In this document: piece by piece, positions 36,253-50,700 of the stretch
How positions within the stretch are numbered: position 1 is the first letter of the stretch
Layout of the letters: each line of letters starts with the position of its first letter
Assembly (NCBI GenBank): GCA_973895155.1
Contig: OZ316897.1
Coordinates: 11,369,832 to 11,433,831 of the forward strand
Length of the DNA: 64,000 nucleotides
Origin: Marsupella aquatica
Lineage: Eukaryota; Plantae; Marchantiophyta
Direction: 5' to 3'
Program-made: the position numbers and the translations under genes
Notes under the pieces: model-generated
Databases searched by the model: none
The model's input: only the letters and a program-made list of their open reading frames with translations
Told to the model about the DNA's origin: nothing

Positions 36253-37458
36253 ATGAAAGAAGAAGACATTGCAAAGTGCCAGATTCAGGAATGGTATCCC
36301 CGTTTCCGCCGTGTGACATTCCGAACCGTAGTGCATGTTCTACCGAAGGAATTTGTGGATTACCTCCTGGAAGATGGGGTTTTTCTGTCCCGTTCAAGCG
36401 AGGCCATGCCCACTCGGACGGTGGTGACCTGCCCGGAGCTGCAGAGCGAGGGTTACGAGCACTGGGAGGAAGAGGATGACGACGAAACGGAACCGGAGGT
36501 GCCCTCGTTTCCTGAGCTGGAGGGGGATGTCAAAGCGTCCATAGAAAATCTGGGAGGGTCTGTCTTCCCGAAACTGAATTGGAGCGCTCCGAAGGACACG
36601 AGTTGGATCAGCACCACCGGGAATCTCAGGTGCAAGAATTTCGGGGAGATATTGTTGCTGTTAAAGGCATCGGACAGTGTGGTGCACGACCTGTGCCATG
36701 CCTTTGACGGCTGCGAGGATAAGACGAGAGAGAGGCCGGAGGACGTTGTTCTGGCTTTGAGAAAGTGGTATGATCTGAGGCCAGAGCGCGAATTTAGGGT
36801 TTTTGTGTTCGGGAAGGTGTTGGTGGGCATTTGCCAGAGAGAGGTGACAGGGTTTTACCCTGCGCTGGTGGGCTGCGTCGATGAGTTCGAGCTCGCTATG
36901 GCCGACTTCTTCCACGAAACTATCCGAGATCAGTTCGACGCTGAGAATTACACTTTCGACTGCTACGTGACGAGAGACTGGACTGTGAAGCTGCTGGATT
37001 TCAATCCATGGGCGGGTTCCACACTGCCCTTGCTTTTCTCCTGGGACGAGCTGGAGGAAAATCATGCCAGAGCTTCAGCAGAGATTGCCAGGGTTGCAGA
37101 ACAAATGAGAGCGAGGCAGGTTGCCATCGGTTTACAAGAGATGGAAGAGGGATTGGAGAAAATTTCAATAGACTCCTCAATAGGTACAAAGCTCATTTTG
37201 GCCGGTAGACCACTGGAGGATGATAATGGTAGTCCAGAGAACGCTTCATTCAAAAAGAGTGAAGCAAAATTTGCAGCAGATCATGCTCAGTACAGAGTGG
37301 AGATGCGCATTGTTATCAACGAGGGCTTGGTGCAGCCTGGGCTAAGAATGGGCACTGGCATCCCCATTGATTTTGTCAACAAAGGAAACTGGGAGGAGGT
37401 GATTAGAAGAGAGGCAGCCGAAGAGGCTAAGAAAGAGCAAGCAGGCGCTGCTGGTTGA
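36253..37458 (+). CDS. CDC123: Cell division cycle protein 123 (D123 family ATP-grasp, eIF2 assembly factor); intronless CDS
   Basis: CQIQEWYP, VFPKLNWSAPKD, LLLKASD...HDL, LRKWY...EFRVFV, LDFNPW...LLFSWDEL. Confidence 0.95.
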   Translation: MKEEDIAKCQIQEWYPRFRRVTFRTVVHVLPKEFVDYLLEDGVFLSRSSEAMPTRTVVTCPELQSEGYEHWEEEDDDETEPEVPSFPELEGDVKASIENLGGSVFPKLNWSAPKDTSWISTTGNLRCKNFGEILLLLKASDSVVHDLCHAFDGCEDKTRERPEDVVLALRKWYDLRPEREFRVFVFGKVLVGICQREVTGFYPALVGCVDEFELAMADFFHETIRDQFDAENYTFDCYVTRDWTVKLLDFNPWAGSTLPLLFSWDELEENHARASAEIARVAEQMRARQVAIGLQEMEEGLEKISIDSSIGTKLILAGRPLEDDNGSPENASFKKSEAKFAADHAQYRVEMRIVINEGLVQPGLRMGTGIPIDFVNKGNWEEVIRREAAEEAKKEQAGAAG

Positions 37459-38899
37459 AAAAGTATATTGAACTTTTTGATGACAAGTTACTCCACAGGC
37501 TCGGGAGGACTATTCCCATATCACCTTCGCCTCCTGGCTTATGTAGATACAAGAAGTTCCATGAGGACCTGAATAGTCTTCAAAAGCGGAAGATCTCCCG
37601 CATTTCTGTATCTCATCTCACCTCCATTGTCTCTGTCTGGGAAGCGAATCTTTGCTTGTCCAAAATGACATCTCAAGTATCTGCTCCGTCGTAAAGTAAA
37701 CCCGGGTGCTTCGGATACTTCCAATCGTAAGGTATATACATCTGTCCTGAAGTAAAGAAAGCTCCTCGTACTCAAATGAAAGAGCACAATCCCAAATTCT
37801 TGCTATTGAAATTGTTGACGACACAAAAATCTTGTAATCTTCGACAACAGTGAAGTCTGCGCAGTATTCTGCGACTTTCTTTTAATGAGTAGAAAATTAA
37901 GAAAATGGATATAATAATATGCTCATTGCACATCTGCTCGATTATCACCTCTTGCTGTTGTCATCTTTCTTGGATGTAGATAAGAATCTGAAGGGAGGTG
38001 GAGGAGTGAGCGTACATGCCAGAAAGGATAGGTTTAGTCTCTGCTGGAGACCTGAAGTGTGGTATCCCCTAAGGTGCTGATTTGAGGAAAGCTCTTGGAG
38101 GTGGAGGGGTTAGGATTCAAAATCTGGGACGGGGTTTGAAGGTGTCTTTAAAGTCTTGTTCAATTAACAAGATGAAAAGAAAAACAACATCCATAGGGGC
38201 CGTTGTTAGGCTAGACGACCTTTTCAACTCACGGCCTCTGATTTTCTTGAGCTGCCTGTTGTTCTGAAGGGAATGTCATTCGCCAACAAGATATGTGTAA
38301 TTTTCTGGGAAACGAAATTGTCTGTGTTCCCGAGCAGTGGACAGGCAACTTATCATGTTGTGAAGTAGTTCCTGGCCTTTTAGCCTTGTGTACCATAGGT
38401 CTTAAACCTCAGCAAGCTACGTCGGACTGTTGAAAGAAGTCTTCATGTTCTCAATGCCAAGCGGTGGATGCATCACAAAAGCACTATCGAAATGAAAATA
38501 TGGATAAGTTTCGGCTCCTTTGACTGCCATCTTCGAGGATTGGTCGTCTCTTTACCAAGCCTTTGTTGTGCTTGTCAAGGATCCGTTCAATTTGCTTTCG
38601 TGGTGACTTCAGCCTTTGTTCTAAGGATGGCAAATCTTTTAAGATGGTGTGGGAACCAAGCCTTTCTTATGAAGTCTTTGTATGGAGATACAGAGTTACG
38701 TTAGCTTATGCCGTGTTTCCTGAACTTTAAGCAACCAAATGACTGGAGTTTGAAATGTCTTCACAATCTGTGTATGGAACACTGCGGATGAAAACATTGT
38801 GTGCTATATTTAAACACACACAAATGGCAACCCGAATCTCTCACACACCAAACATTACAATCTCAGCGTAATAATTACCATTTTTTGCTTCGAAGAAAT

Positions 38900-39769
38900 G
38901 TGTTGTGCGGCTGTGCTCGAAACGTATATCAAATGAATCAACAGGAACTGTGGAGACGGTCTATTTTCACTGACATCGACAATGGATGTGACCTAGATGT
39001 GATGCTGAAGCATCTAGTAGCCCGAATCTCTCGAGAGAACGAATACGCGTCCTTTATTGACTATTTTCTAGTACTTACGTCCTTGACACGAGCTCCCGAG
39101 AAAGATATCCACCTAGAGTGGGCAGTGGTGATGATGGTGGGCCCTCTACTTATTAATGAAAACCTGTGACGCGGAAATGGGGAGGGGATCTGCTGAAATC
39201 CTGGATCAATCTAGTCTGAAGTCGCTGGTTGGGAGATTTAAATTGAGCCTGTCTACGAAGCAGATTTGTTTGGCCTCGTGGGCTTACCATCTCGGAAGCC
39301 TCCACTGCCGTTCATGACAACTTTGCATTGTCGCCACTGCACACGCGCTTGATACTCAAGGATACCGTGTAATCATAGTCATCAAATTTCTCCTGCTTGT
39401 GGCGTGAATGATCACGGCAACAATGAGAGGTATTTGCAATGTAAAGAGGGCACATCTTGAAAACTCAAGGAAGCTTATGATGAACAAATTCTCCATCATA
39501 CCGAAATCTTTCAAACAGAAACAGAGCTTCTCAACTTACGTTGTCCACGGATAGCACTTCATGTACCATAGCAGCTTGAGCCTGGCGTACAGAGATGGGG
39601 GACAAAGGTCCGGGGAAACGGTGACGATGAATCGATTCCATCTACGACAGACACGACGATGGTTCACCAGGTCTAAGAAAGGCAACTTGATGAGCACGAG
39701 TTCCACAAGATGGTCGGGCAAGGAGGCCCATAACTTTGAGTCTAGGGTCGTCATCAAACCAGTCGTCAT
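38900..39769 (-). pseudogene. F-box protein remnant
   Basis: LDSKLWASLPDHLVELVLIKLP...RRVCRRWNRFI F-box motif; frame closes soon after; 3' extent uncertain. Confidence 0.6.
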
Positions 39770-41793
39770 CTTGGGGCAATGCGAGGTCGAATTCAGTCAA
39801 TTGATATAGTCATTTGTACTTCGGTTTGGAGGTTCCCATCACCCCAATTTGGTCGTGCCCACCCACGGCATCCCCCGTTTCTGTCAAGATTTTCGTTCTT
39901 GCTTCTCGCTACAATATTTGATTCTGAACTTTCACAAATTGTTGGACCTTGTAATCCGGTGAAGTTGTTCCCCCTCTGAGGACACCTTCCACTCTCTGAA
40001 TTCTTCATTCATCGCAATTGAAGTAGGATCCACAATAATGAATAAAAAACAACTTGTGACGAATGGTCATCGGGAATCCATTCCTTCTCTCCAAGCTCCA
40101 AAGTTTAATGAGGCGCGCTCCTGCAAGGATAAAATTGGACTCACAAAATTCCGTCAGTTCATAGTTGATGCGGTCGTTGTCAATTTTAAATCTGAAAAAG
40201 AAACTGGAGGCATTCCCAAAGCATTGCAACAGGAGTTCATCCTGGACGACAGCCGGAGTAAATAGCACCCTTTGAGATTCAGAATGATGGACAATCACAT
40301 CCAAGAGTGCAAGTGAAACCAACAACTCTTCGGGACGGTTCTACGAGAGGAGCAAAGGGTCCACAAACAAGAACTTCTGTGGGATTCTCAGCATACCCAT
40401 CAACACAAAGACGAATCTCCGCCATATGTAATACTCTGCACAACACAATGAACCCCAAGAAGAAGCGCTGAATAAGACTATCTCAGGAGCCCAGCGAAGC
40501 GGAGCCCAGATGAGTCATCAGAAGATGAGAGCCCAAACTGCCCCATGGAAATCCAGCAACCGGACAACGTGGTCATCATTAACGGCATCAAAAGGACCTA
40601 CAGCCTAAACCCACCATACGAGAAGGGAAATTGGTGAGACATTGCCACATCACTCAACCAACCCCTTCTTTCAACCGAAAGAAGGTCATTACTATTGGGG
40701 TCCACAATCCAGAAACCCTTTCAAAGGCTGGCCAGTTGAAACTCGGACTGCATTTGTCATAAACCGTTCAGACACTACCACTGTATCCATGTTTTTCTTA
40801 ACGAATTTTTGAACCAATTTCAGAACCCGCCAGCCCCTTACGAATTCAGCTGACATTGGCGGGACCGTTGATTCTTCTCTGGCAGTTACTCCGGTTGGGG
40901 AGTCTCCTGCTCAACGCAATAAGAGAGGCGAAACGCTTCAAGCAAAATAATGGAAGAGCGAGATGGAGTGGAGATGCGCAGATCCGGTGCCATCGTCCGA
41001 ATCTGCCGGCCCCCCAGCCTCACATCTACTTCACTCTCGGATCTCCGGTTCAATAATGTATTGTACTGTCCACCTCGGTCCTAGAAAGATGGCAAAAGGG
41101 GTGTAGTAAGTTGCTGCTGAGGACATGAGATGATAATCGTCATTCTACGTGGACTTGAAAATTTCGGGTGAAGGGTGGGCTTAGGCGCGGTAGTGAGTTT
41201 TGAATCTCCCGCTGTTCCAGCCAGCCAGCAGGGGCTATCATACCACTTTCTCGTCCTCTTCATGAGTCCGTCAATCGCAAATTTGCTCATGGGTTGTTGT
41301 AGTCGGGTCGAAGGGCTTGTGTGATGGCTTCCCGAGGCGAGAATTCAGAGACGAGAAAGGAGTTCGAGAGAATTCACAGGCTTCCCCAGTGCTCATTGGG
41401 GGAGCGGCACATTGTGTCTTTCCCTGTTCGGGAGGAACCTCGTGTGGCTGATCCTATCCTCCGTTTCTTCCACAGCTTCTCTTCAGTTGCCTGCGATACC
41501 CAAAGTGTCCAACAATGGCGCCTAAGACCGAGCACGTGGACTGAAGAGCAACAGGATGGGCGTTCGCTGCTCTGTCTACAGTCCTTTTCTGGTGAGATTT
41601 GAACGACCGCGGTCGAATTTTTGGAGGCCGTGGATGCGCAGAGGCTCAGAAATTCGAACGCCCTTCTTAGGATGCGATGAAAGGCTTCGTCTTTCTAGGC
41701 GTTTATCTACAACAAGATTACGGAAGGGGAATTTGGAAATAGCGGATGATTGAATGAAGAAGTTTTCCAATTCTTGAAGGTTTGATTTACACA

Positions 41794-44700
41794 ATGGGTC
41801 GAATTGCTGTTTTGATTTCATTATTGCTGGTGGTGGCCACTTCACTTGTTGAAAGGAGCCAACAGACGGCTGACTACAAGAGCTGCACTCTGGGGAAAGG
41901 AAAAGCCAAGCTGTATAACTGTCACAGCAAGTATGATTCCAGTGGGACCGGGACAGTCAGAATCAGTGACATTGACACGCCTGCGAGGTGAGCTTAGCTT
42001 CATGGCTGCGAGAAGAATGAGACATTCCTCCTTTTTCCTTGATAATTCACTGAACTCATTTCTACAAATTCGGTGAAGAGCTGGAAATTGCAAGACTGAT
42101 TTCGGAGCTAACAGTCCTTCCATGAAAACTAAAACTCTAATGGAGACATTTCAAGAAACTACTTCAACCACTAGTACATATTTCGGTTCACCACTCTATT
42201 TCCAATAGCAATTTTTACCCACAGCTCAGCTCTGATAAATTGGCGCTCTCAGGTACGTGATCAAATTGCGACCAAACGAGTCTGCTGTAGCAGTGGACGA
42301 AATTTGTGAGCAAGCAGAGGCATATAGATACAGGACATATTCTGGATACTGCATTCACAAGTATGATATATTCTACCTTCACCATCCTTGATCTTGGAGC
42401 CGGGCTCAGTGCTTTGAGGTCAATTCAATTTGAACTGAAAAAGTTTAGAATTTATTCTCTGAAAAGAAAAAAGGACTTTACGGTAAAGTACCTGCGTATC
42501 TGATATAGCCCGCATAAGCTGGATGCCCAAACAATTCAAAATGGTCTTATCATGTAAGCCATCAGGCGTTCCGTTCCAACTGTAGATAACCTTTGCTCAG
42601 GCTGCTTCACAGTGAAAGGTTCACACATTTAGGAAGTCGTCGTTGCTCAGCCTGATTGCAATACAATTATTCCATTGACCAAATGAACGAGAGCGAGCCC
42701 TCATGTCCATGGCCTACGCCACCACCTCTACCGGCCTCACTAACAATCAACTTATTGATCCTCAAGAATGCAGATACAAAAAGGTTTGGATTGGAATGCT
42801 TATGATGATAAATGGAGGCAACCTTTCACAAATGTTGACTCGCGAGGCTGGCTCTATTGATCATGTTGAGGTTGACGGAACCCTTAGAGTATGCAGTGGT
42901 GTTGTTCAAGGAAACCCTCCAAATTGGGGCATCGATCGCATTGACCACTTGCCTGGGCAGGGACTTCTCAATAAGCTATACACTACCAATTCAACTGGCG
43001 ATGGCGTTCATGTCTATGTGCTCGACACGGTATAACGTAGTTACCCTGAAGTCTAGCATGATAGATCGCTTTACATGTATCAGCAGTAACTTTAATCCAA
43101 CGTAGCATTAAAATGATGAGTCTGCTCAAGATATTGTAGCCGTTGGCGGTCAAACTGATAGAGAAGGTAGGGACTTCACAATTATCTTTGCAATAGGAGG
43201 ATTGACGAGTGCAGCGACTGCTCACTTGGGGCTCATTACATGTCTTAGGGCATCAGATGTAGCCACAAGGATTTTCGCTACCAAGATGGAAGGTTGAACC
43301 CGACCACTGGACTTCCTGTCTCGAGATGCTCAAGTGGTTTTGATGCTGTCAAAGATGGTTTTGGCACCAGTGACTGCAATGGGCATGGTACTCATTGTGC
43401 AGGTACGAGATCTAAGCTCAAAAAGTGAAGAAATCTGCAACAATGAAACCGAAAGGTCTAAGGTTACACTAGAAACTAGTTGACTGATAAGTCCGTATTC
43501 AAATAGCATGCACAATCATACGACGATAATCAGGACCCTAAACTTGATTGATAAGCCGTGAGTGAAAAAACTCGAGAAGTAAGAAATCGAGGAAACAATT
43601 GAAATAAATTACTCAATTGCCATGCATACTAAAATAACAGCTCACTGTGAAAATTGCATCGGGAAAAAGTGGTAGTATGAGTGTCACTACTCTAAGTACA
43701 ATTCCAGGTGGGATGTGCCAAACATCTCTCAAGATGATGAGTTGGCTGTGACGACCAGCAGGGCTTGCGTGGTGCAGGCATTGTAGGCGGTCTTACAACC
43801 GGTGTTGCCAAAGATGTGATTCTGCATCCCATACGTGCTATGGATTGTGATGGAGTTGGTACCTACGGTGCAGTATTGGCAAGTCTGGACTGGATATCAC
43901 ACAATTTGATCCGTCCAGCTGTAATATCGATGTCACTTGCCACAAAAGCATCCATCAGCATTGATCAAGCTGTTAGTAATCTGATCAATACAACTGGCAT
44001 CGTTGGTGTAAGTCAGACCTACTCCATACAACTTTTACATTGAGTTAGATGTGGCGGCTATTGCTGAACGGGAAATTATTGTTGTCACTAGGCTCGATAT
44101 GGATTTAGCTTAATTCTTTTCCGTGGTCAAAGGTACTTATTTTGGAGATTGTCACAGGTTGCTGCAGCTGGCAATTTTTTACAATCCACCTGCAGCTACT
44201 CACCAGCACGGGCGTCATCTGTTATAGCAGTTGGGTCATCAAATGCTATCAACCAAATGAGCTGGTTCTCTAATTACGGAAACTGTACGAGTATTTTTGC
44301 TCCTGTAAGTCATTCAATAGCTCTGTCTCTAATAACAATGCGAAAGTCTGGTCCAAAGACGGCCACATCCACCAGCACAGATTGATATAAACAGGACAGA
44401 ATATCTTTGCACATTTTCCATTCTGTTCACGTTCATGCAATTGCTATTTGCCTTAATTGCCAACGGCTTGAAGAACAGAAGCAGACGTACTTTAAAATAG
44501 GAAGTTATTTGCGTAATCAGTTGTGCGACCACATGTCATTCTCATTTGCAACTAGGAACATGCAACAGCCCTCTTCCTGTGTCAAATCATTGTCAGAGGT
44601 GATTAATTTCAAGGAAACCCAAATTTACTTGTGTGAGCTTTAGACTAGGCCGAATCAGTTAAGGCTCCCTTAATCCTAAGCTCCTTAAATGATCAGAAAG

Positions 44701-47700
44701 GTAGTGCCAAGTAGTTTTCTCATCACCATTGAAATTAACGACATTTTAATTCTTTCTTTGATTTGAGTTGTGCAGGGAGAACTCATATATAGCACGTACA
44801 ATCTCACAGACTCCTCCTATGCAGTTCTCTCTGGGACGTCTATGGCCTGCCCTCATGTGGTAAGCACTTCGCTACTCCCTTGGTCACTGTCTTAATTGTG
44901 GAGAAGAGGCCAGTTTTGTTCACAATCTCGTTGATTTGTTTGCGTGTAAGAAACCTTGGACATATTCTTTGCATCACGCTCTGAGGGACCCTCATTTCCA
45001 AGGTTAACTATTCATATGGCTTTATGTCTTCAATTTATTCTTCAATGTACTAATATACTACTGAATATGTTACAACAGGCAGGAACAGCCGCTCTCTATC
45101 TAAGTCAGAATGTGGATGCCCGACCAGATGATGTGAGGCAGGCTCTTCTGGATGTCGCAGAATCAACCGGTGTAGCTACTGCAAATCTGAAACCTGGGAC
45201 CACGACAAAGTTGCTGAACACAAATATTAAGCAGCCATTTTTTAAAATTCATCCTCGAAGCTTCTACGACGCCTCGGAGAATACAACACTCCGAGCTACT
45301 ATTTCCTTACTCACAAAGCCCTCGAAGCCTGTGACAATGACGCCACAAGTTGATGCTCACGTGGGTGAGCACTTCACAAACTTTTCAATTCCATCACTAA
45401 ACAATCATCTTTGAGAAGATATCGAATAGAGCATTTGAGCTGTATGTATGTTCATTTTGAGCTAGACTGGTGAAGCATTCTAGCGTGAACTTCCGCAAAG
45501 AGGAGTCTGGAAGACAAATTACTTCTATTCCAAGGCTTGCTATGGGATCTTTCCAAGTTGCTAACTCACAAGACAGCGAGCTGGCTCATAGCAGTAATTG
45601 ACCTTCGTTTGACAGGATATTTCAGTCCCGCACACCTGGTTTTTGGAACCGATGCAAGTTGGTCGATTCCTCAAACCGTGTCTTTAGTACTTCTGTACAA
45701 TCCAGGTAAGTAATGCATCTCTCGACAGGGCTGTCCAAAGCTCTTATCCAAGATAAACATTTAGTGCCTAGGCTGATCTATGAAAGCCGTTCCGAAAGCG
45801 GGACAATGCCTTCTTTGTTGGGTTTAGAAGATTCGGATTTAGAAGGTTCGGGCCAGATGGTTTTATAAGAGAATAGGGCGGGGGAGGAGGGAGATCGATG
45901 TCTCGAACATGTTGATGCGTTCTCAAAGTGAAAATCTGGCTCTTAAAATTGGGTCTGCCTCTCAACTGCACAATGGCCATCATTAATAAAGGACATTGTA
46001 ATGTGGGTCTTGGATGATTTTGATGTGTCAGTTGAATTCACAACATCTTGCAGACTTTCTCGATCATTTTTCCACCATACGCTGGGTTTTCAACAGCTTT
46101 GATACTCAGTATGTATCCTCCCCTGAGGGCCTGGTGACTGCTCGTGATACAGGTATTTCCTGGTACAACTTGCAGTGGTTTTGTAAATTCTGGTTGGATA
46201 TATACTTTGTAGAGACTGTCTGCCTGCAACATAGGAGTTCTATAAAAGCCTCAAAATTTCACTTGTACCTCTGAAAACAACAAGGCTCCTAGATTTGTGG
46301 TTTACCTCCAGTTCTCTCGCGAATAAGGTGAATCGCAAACCCTAAACCCTAAGCCCTGTTAAAAATGCCTTATCTGGTCATCAGAGGCTGCTTGAGAAGA
46401 AATTGATTTTCTGAATTTGCATCCAGATATCTGTAGGCTATGTGGTGAAACGGCCGATAATCCAAAAATAATTCCAAGTCTGCCTTTCTACTACTTGGAA
46501 GATACATCTACCTATCAAAATGACATCTATAACAAATCAAATCCTGGCTGTAGCGGCTCAGGGCCCGATGTAGTATTCCAGTATACTGCAACCGCTGACA
46601 TGGTAGACCTTCTCAACAAAAGGTTTCTATCGGTTGGTTTGGCTTTCTCGGGCCTTTACAATCCACATAAAGTCAATTTACGCAATTATATCAAGAATCT
46701 TGATCTCATTTGACAAACTGAGCCATATCTGGATGCTATGAGTAATGAGAAATAAATATGCTCTACGCAATATAGAAATATTCATATACAACTCAGTGCA
46801 TATTTAGAGACGAGAGAAAAAATGAACTTGAATCTTTATTCCTCCTTCTCTCTCATTGTGATTCGCTTTTGTCGACTTAGTGCTTGTTCGCTCAGAAAAT
46901 GCTCTGGTTTGATGTACCAGGTGGTGAACGTCTCTTTGTGTGGGATAAACACGCAGTTTGATACAATTCTGACACTTTATGAGAAGATCTACAACAATAA
47001 GAAAAGTTATAGTCTGAGATTTTTGGGTTGTAATGACGACTTTTGTGGCCTTCAATCATTTCTATTGAATGTGGCCCTTCAGAGTGGTCACACTTATGTT
47101 TTGGTAAGTATCCTGTGTGTCTCATTTCTTCACGAAGGAAAATGGCTGCAACGCATAGACGGACTCCGGGATGTCAGTGCGCGCTGATCCGGGCTGTAAA
47201 GCTGGTCCTTACACTGAAATCCGTCCTTTACCTGAAATTTCTCTGATTCCTCGTATTCGACTACAATATCTGACAAATTCTCTAACCTGGCATTCAGGTA
47301 ATTGATGGCTATTATGGAGCCTCTGGTCCTGTAGACCTCTACATGTATCCTTCAGGTGCTCCATGTAAGTGTTTTAGTGTGTTACACATAAATCTGGATA
47401 TGCTTTCGTTCAAGGGGAAGATAAAGGGACTTCTTGGGAAGATAAGCAAAGGTTCTGTGTTGCAGTGACCAGGGTTGGGAAACTATGAGATAAACTCTCA
47501 TGTGGAAACTCTTATGCAGGCGCATGCACTTGTAAAGAGGGGCAAAAACCCCCCCAAAATATTTCCTTCTGATAAGTCGTAGGTCATTCTCCGAAGCAAA
47601 GCGTCCTAGAAGGCATCTGTAGGTTTTCCCTGGCATTCTTATGCTCAACAACTTGAAGGAAGCGCATCAGCCTATTAACTCTAAATCATTTTGCAGCTAG

Positions 47701-50700
47701 CCCAATAAGACAGCAGCTTCCAACTACAATTCCAGTGATAGAATCTATCATCGCTAGCTCCTTCGAAGTCGAGACAGCTCTCTGTACACATTGGAATGGT
47801 GAAACTTGTGAAGCACCTCCAACACCAACACCAATTCAACCTGGTTTCTTTTGGAGTCCTGTGGCGTGGGGATTGTGCAACAAGAAATGTGGAGGAGGCT
47901 CTCAGGTAAACTCAGAAAATCTTAAAACGCCTAGTGTTAGGAGAAATCTCCCACTGCTGGACATCGCTACATCGATGTAGTGTTCGAGAATCAAACTTCA
48001 ATCACCAAGAACTGTAGAATCGTTTGTAAATTTTATGGTTGTGTATATTTTTGCTGGCTTTTCCGTGCTTGTCTAATATTCTACCGCTTCCTTCTACCAT
48101 AGACAAAAAGCCACATGCGGGCCTCATCAATTTATCAGTTTTGGACAACCAACATTCTGCTTCTTAGATGTCAGCTACGTTACAGATATCTAGGAGTTAG
48201 TATTTACAGAAGTCAAGACCATGGCAGCCTGTATTGGAGATGCCCATTAATGCATGTGAAAATGGGAAACTACTAGATTCTAAAGCCATTCTAACAGGAA
48301 TTTATCATAAGTACATGCAACACCGTGCAAATGTTTACTCAAAGTTGTTGGCAGCAAGCAGTGATGAACTGCTTCACAGGAAACTACACAGAGGTTGCTA
48401 TCTCGAATTGCGCAGCTGTTCAGATACCAGCCCAAACTCAGGTAACGTCAAGCGCCTTCACTTCCCTCGTCAGTTTTTTGCCGTGAATCTTAATTATGAA
48501 GTTTCTTCTTCTTTAATATTCTTTGCATATATCGAGTCCATTTCAAGTTCTCCAGCCGTGATCCACGCCCCAAATCTATGGGAGGCAGGTGTTGATGATT
48601 AGACGATACATGATAACCAAAATATACTCAAGGCATTCTTTGACATTGCTCAATTTCAATTTCGCATTATTATATATATATCTGCTGTCGTTTTAGTCGC
48701 ATAAGTGGGATATTTTCCTGCTGATGAATCCATTTCGCAGCTCTGGGTACCTCCTAGATAGCTCAAAACACCACTGTCACCCTTCATGTTCTGGTGTGAC
48801 CAGAACCCCGTAATAAGTAAAAAACATTCATAAGAGAGTAAATAAGTGGGAGAAAAGGTGCTATTCCGCACTTTGGGTGACAGTCGAGGTTTAAGCGCAG
48901 AGAGACAAGTCAAATTATAAAGAGAACCGCAGTAGATTTCTACAACCATTCCAAGACTTACGGTTTTCTCTGCAGGTCTGCAATGTGGTGCCTTGTCGGA
49001 ATGTTTCTCTCGTTGAGGGGCCTTGGGGAGAGTGCAACCGAACTTGCGGTACAGGCACCCAAAAAAGGCACCATCTCTGAACTTGTACAATGTAGCAAAC
49101 AGCCTAGTCCCTAGTCAATGATACCAGTTGAATGAAAGACAATTGAAGGGTCTCCAACCTCTACAACTCCAAATCTCGGAATCGGATTCTAGTTAATCTC
49201 AACTCCGCCTTTTACTATGACTTCCATGTCTTTTGCAGTACATGTCACTGTATCAGTTCTATTTTGTTTCCTTGTCTCATCCATAACAGGGGACCTCGAA
49301 CGACTGAATTGTAGAAATCAACAAATATTCATGATTGTGTTTTTGCAGGCAGGTGACCTGTATGGATAGCTTGGGAAACACTGCAAATCCTAACAGATGT
49401 GAGGGTTATGCTGACGTCGAGAGGGAACGGCTCTGTAATACACAAACATGCAATAGTACCTATTGGAAAGCCGGAATGTGGAATTATTGCAATAGGCCAT
49501 GTGGGAAAGGGCAGAAGTTCAGAAATCCTGTTTGCTTCTCAAATGGAACAGTTGTAGGTGACAATAATTGTCGCGGCCTTCAAGCACCTCTGGCTCGAAT
49601 GGACTGCAATACACATGTAAGCTTTATGAAGTAATTTTGCACACACGAGCTCAAACATTGGCTTGACTATTTCTCTCAATTCTCGATCTTTGGAAAGGTT
49701 TCGAAAACGATTCACTTTATTGAAAGGTGCACTGCACGGTAAAGGAGGTCCTCGGTCAGATTAACCTTAACTGTTTTGTAAAATTCCACCCGAGTAAGAG
49801 GGCCCACTATATATCTGAATAAATCCTGCTAGACGAGGCATGTATTGATGTCTCTGATGGGGTTGATTCGGTGGAGTCCTTCCAGCCATGTCAGACATTT
49901 TCTTGGTTTGTGGGACGTTGGGATGAATGCCCAAGTGGATGCAATGCAATTAAAACTCGCTTAGTGCAGGTAAAGCACATCCTGAATGCCATTTTGTTTA
50001 TCATCAATTCAAATGGATTTGAAATAACTCTTTTTGACATGAAGGCTGTCATAGAGCATACTATATCATAGGAAGTCTCAGGGCTATTGAACATTGAACA
50101 AGAATATCCGTCTCCTTTAACCGGTGATCTAACTTGATGCCACTTGAGATTTACAGTGTGTTGATGGGTTGGGACAAAACGTTGGAGATGAATTGTGCAA
50201 TGCTAACAAGAAGCCATCAGCCACGATACCATGTCGGCAAGAAGGTGTTACGTGCAATAACTGTCAGAACAACAACTGTTCCAACAATGGCAGGTGTAAG
50301 GTACAGCTAACAAAAGACGTGCACACCACAATTCGTCCACTATCCCATATAGCTTGTATGTAATAGTTGATCAGCCTTCCCTGTTGCGGTAACTTGCGTT
50401 TTTTCGTAGAGATAGTCCAGGTACCTACATGCATTTCATTGCCACAAGTGCGATCGCTCAGATATTGAAATGCTAACCACACACTGGGTCGAAGTTACGA
50501 TACACCTTATCCAATCCATGTCGCATGGATCTATTCAGATGCATGTTTAAAACTTCCATTAAAAATTACCCAATAAGAGGTTTTCTTACCTTTCACCTCA
50601 GGTAGGGCAAATTCAACAACTCTATTTTGAGGTGTCGGGTGTCATGAGATGAAAGCTCTTAAGGGCATTTCTCCTGCTTTTGAGTTTAATATAAGAAACT

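Noticed and set aside
40000-40850. Possible LINE ORF1 remnant
   Set aside because: Coding-like composition but no diagnostic motif that I can support.
48000-49340. ORFs 48234-48602 and 48656-49090
   Set aside because: They lie in an intron between TSP1 exons and have no motifs.
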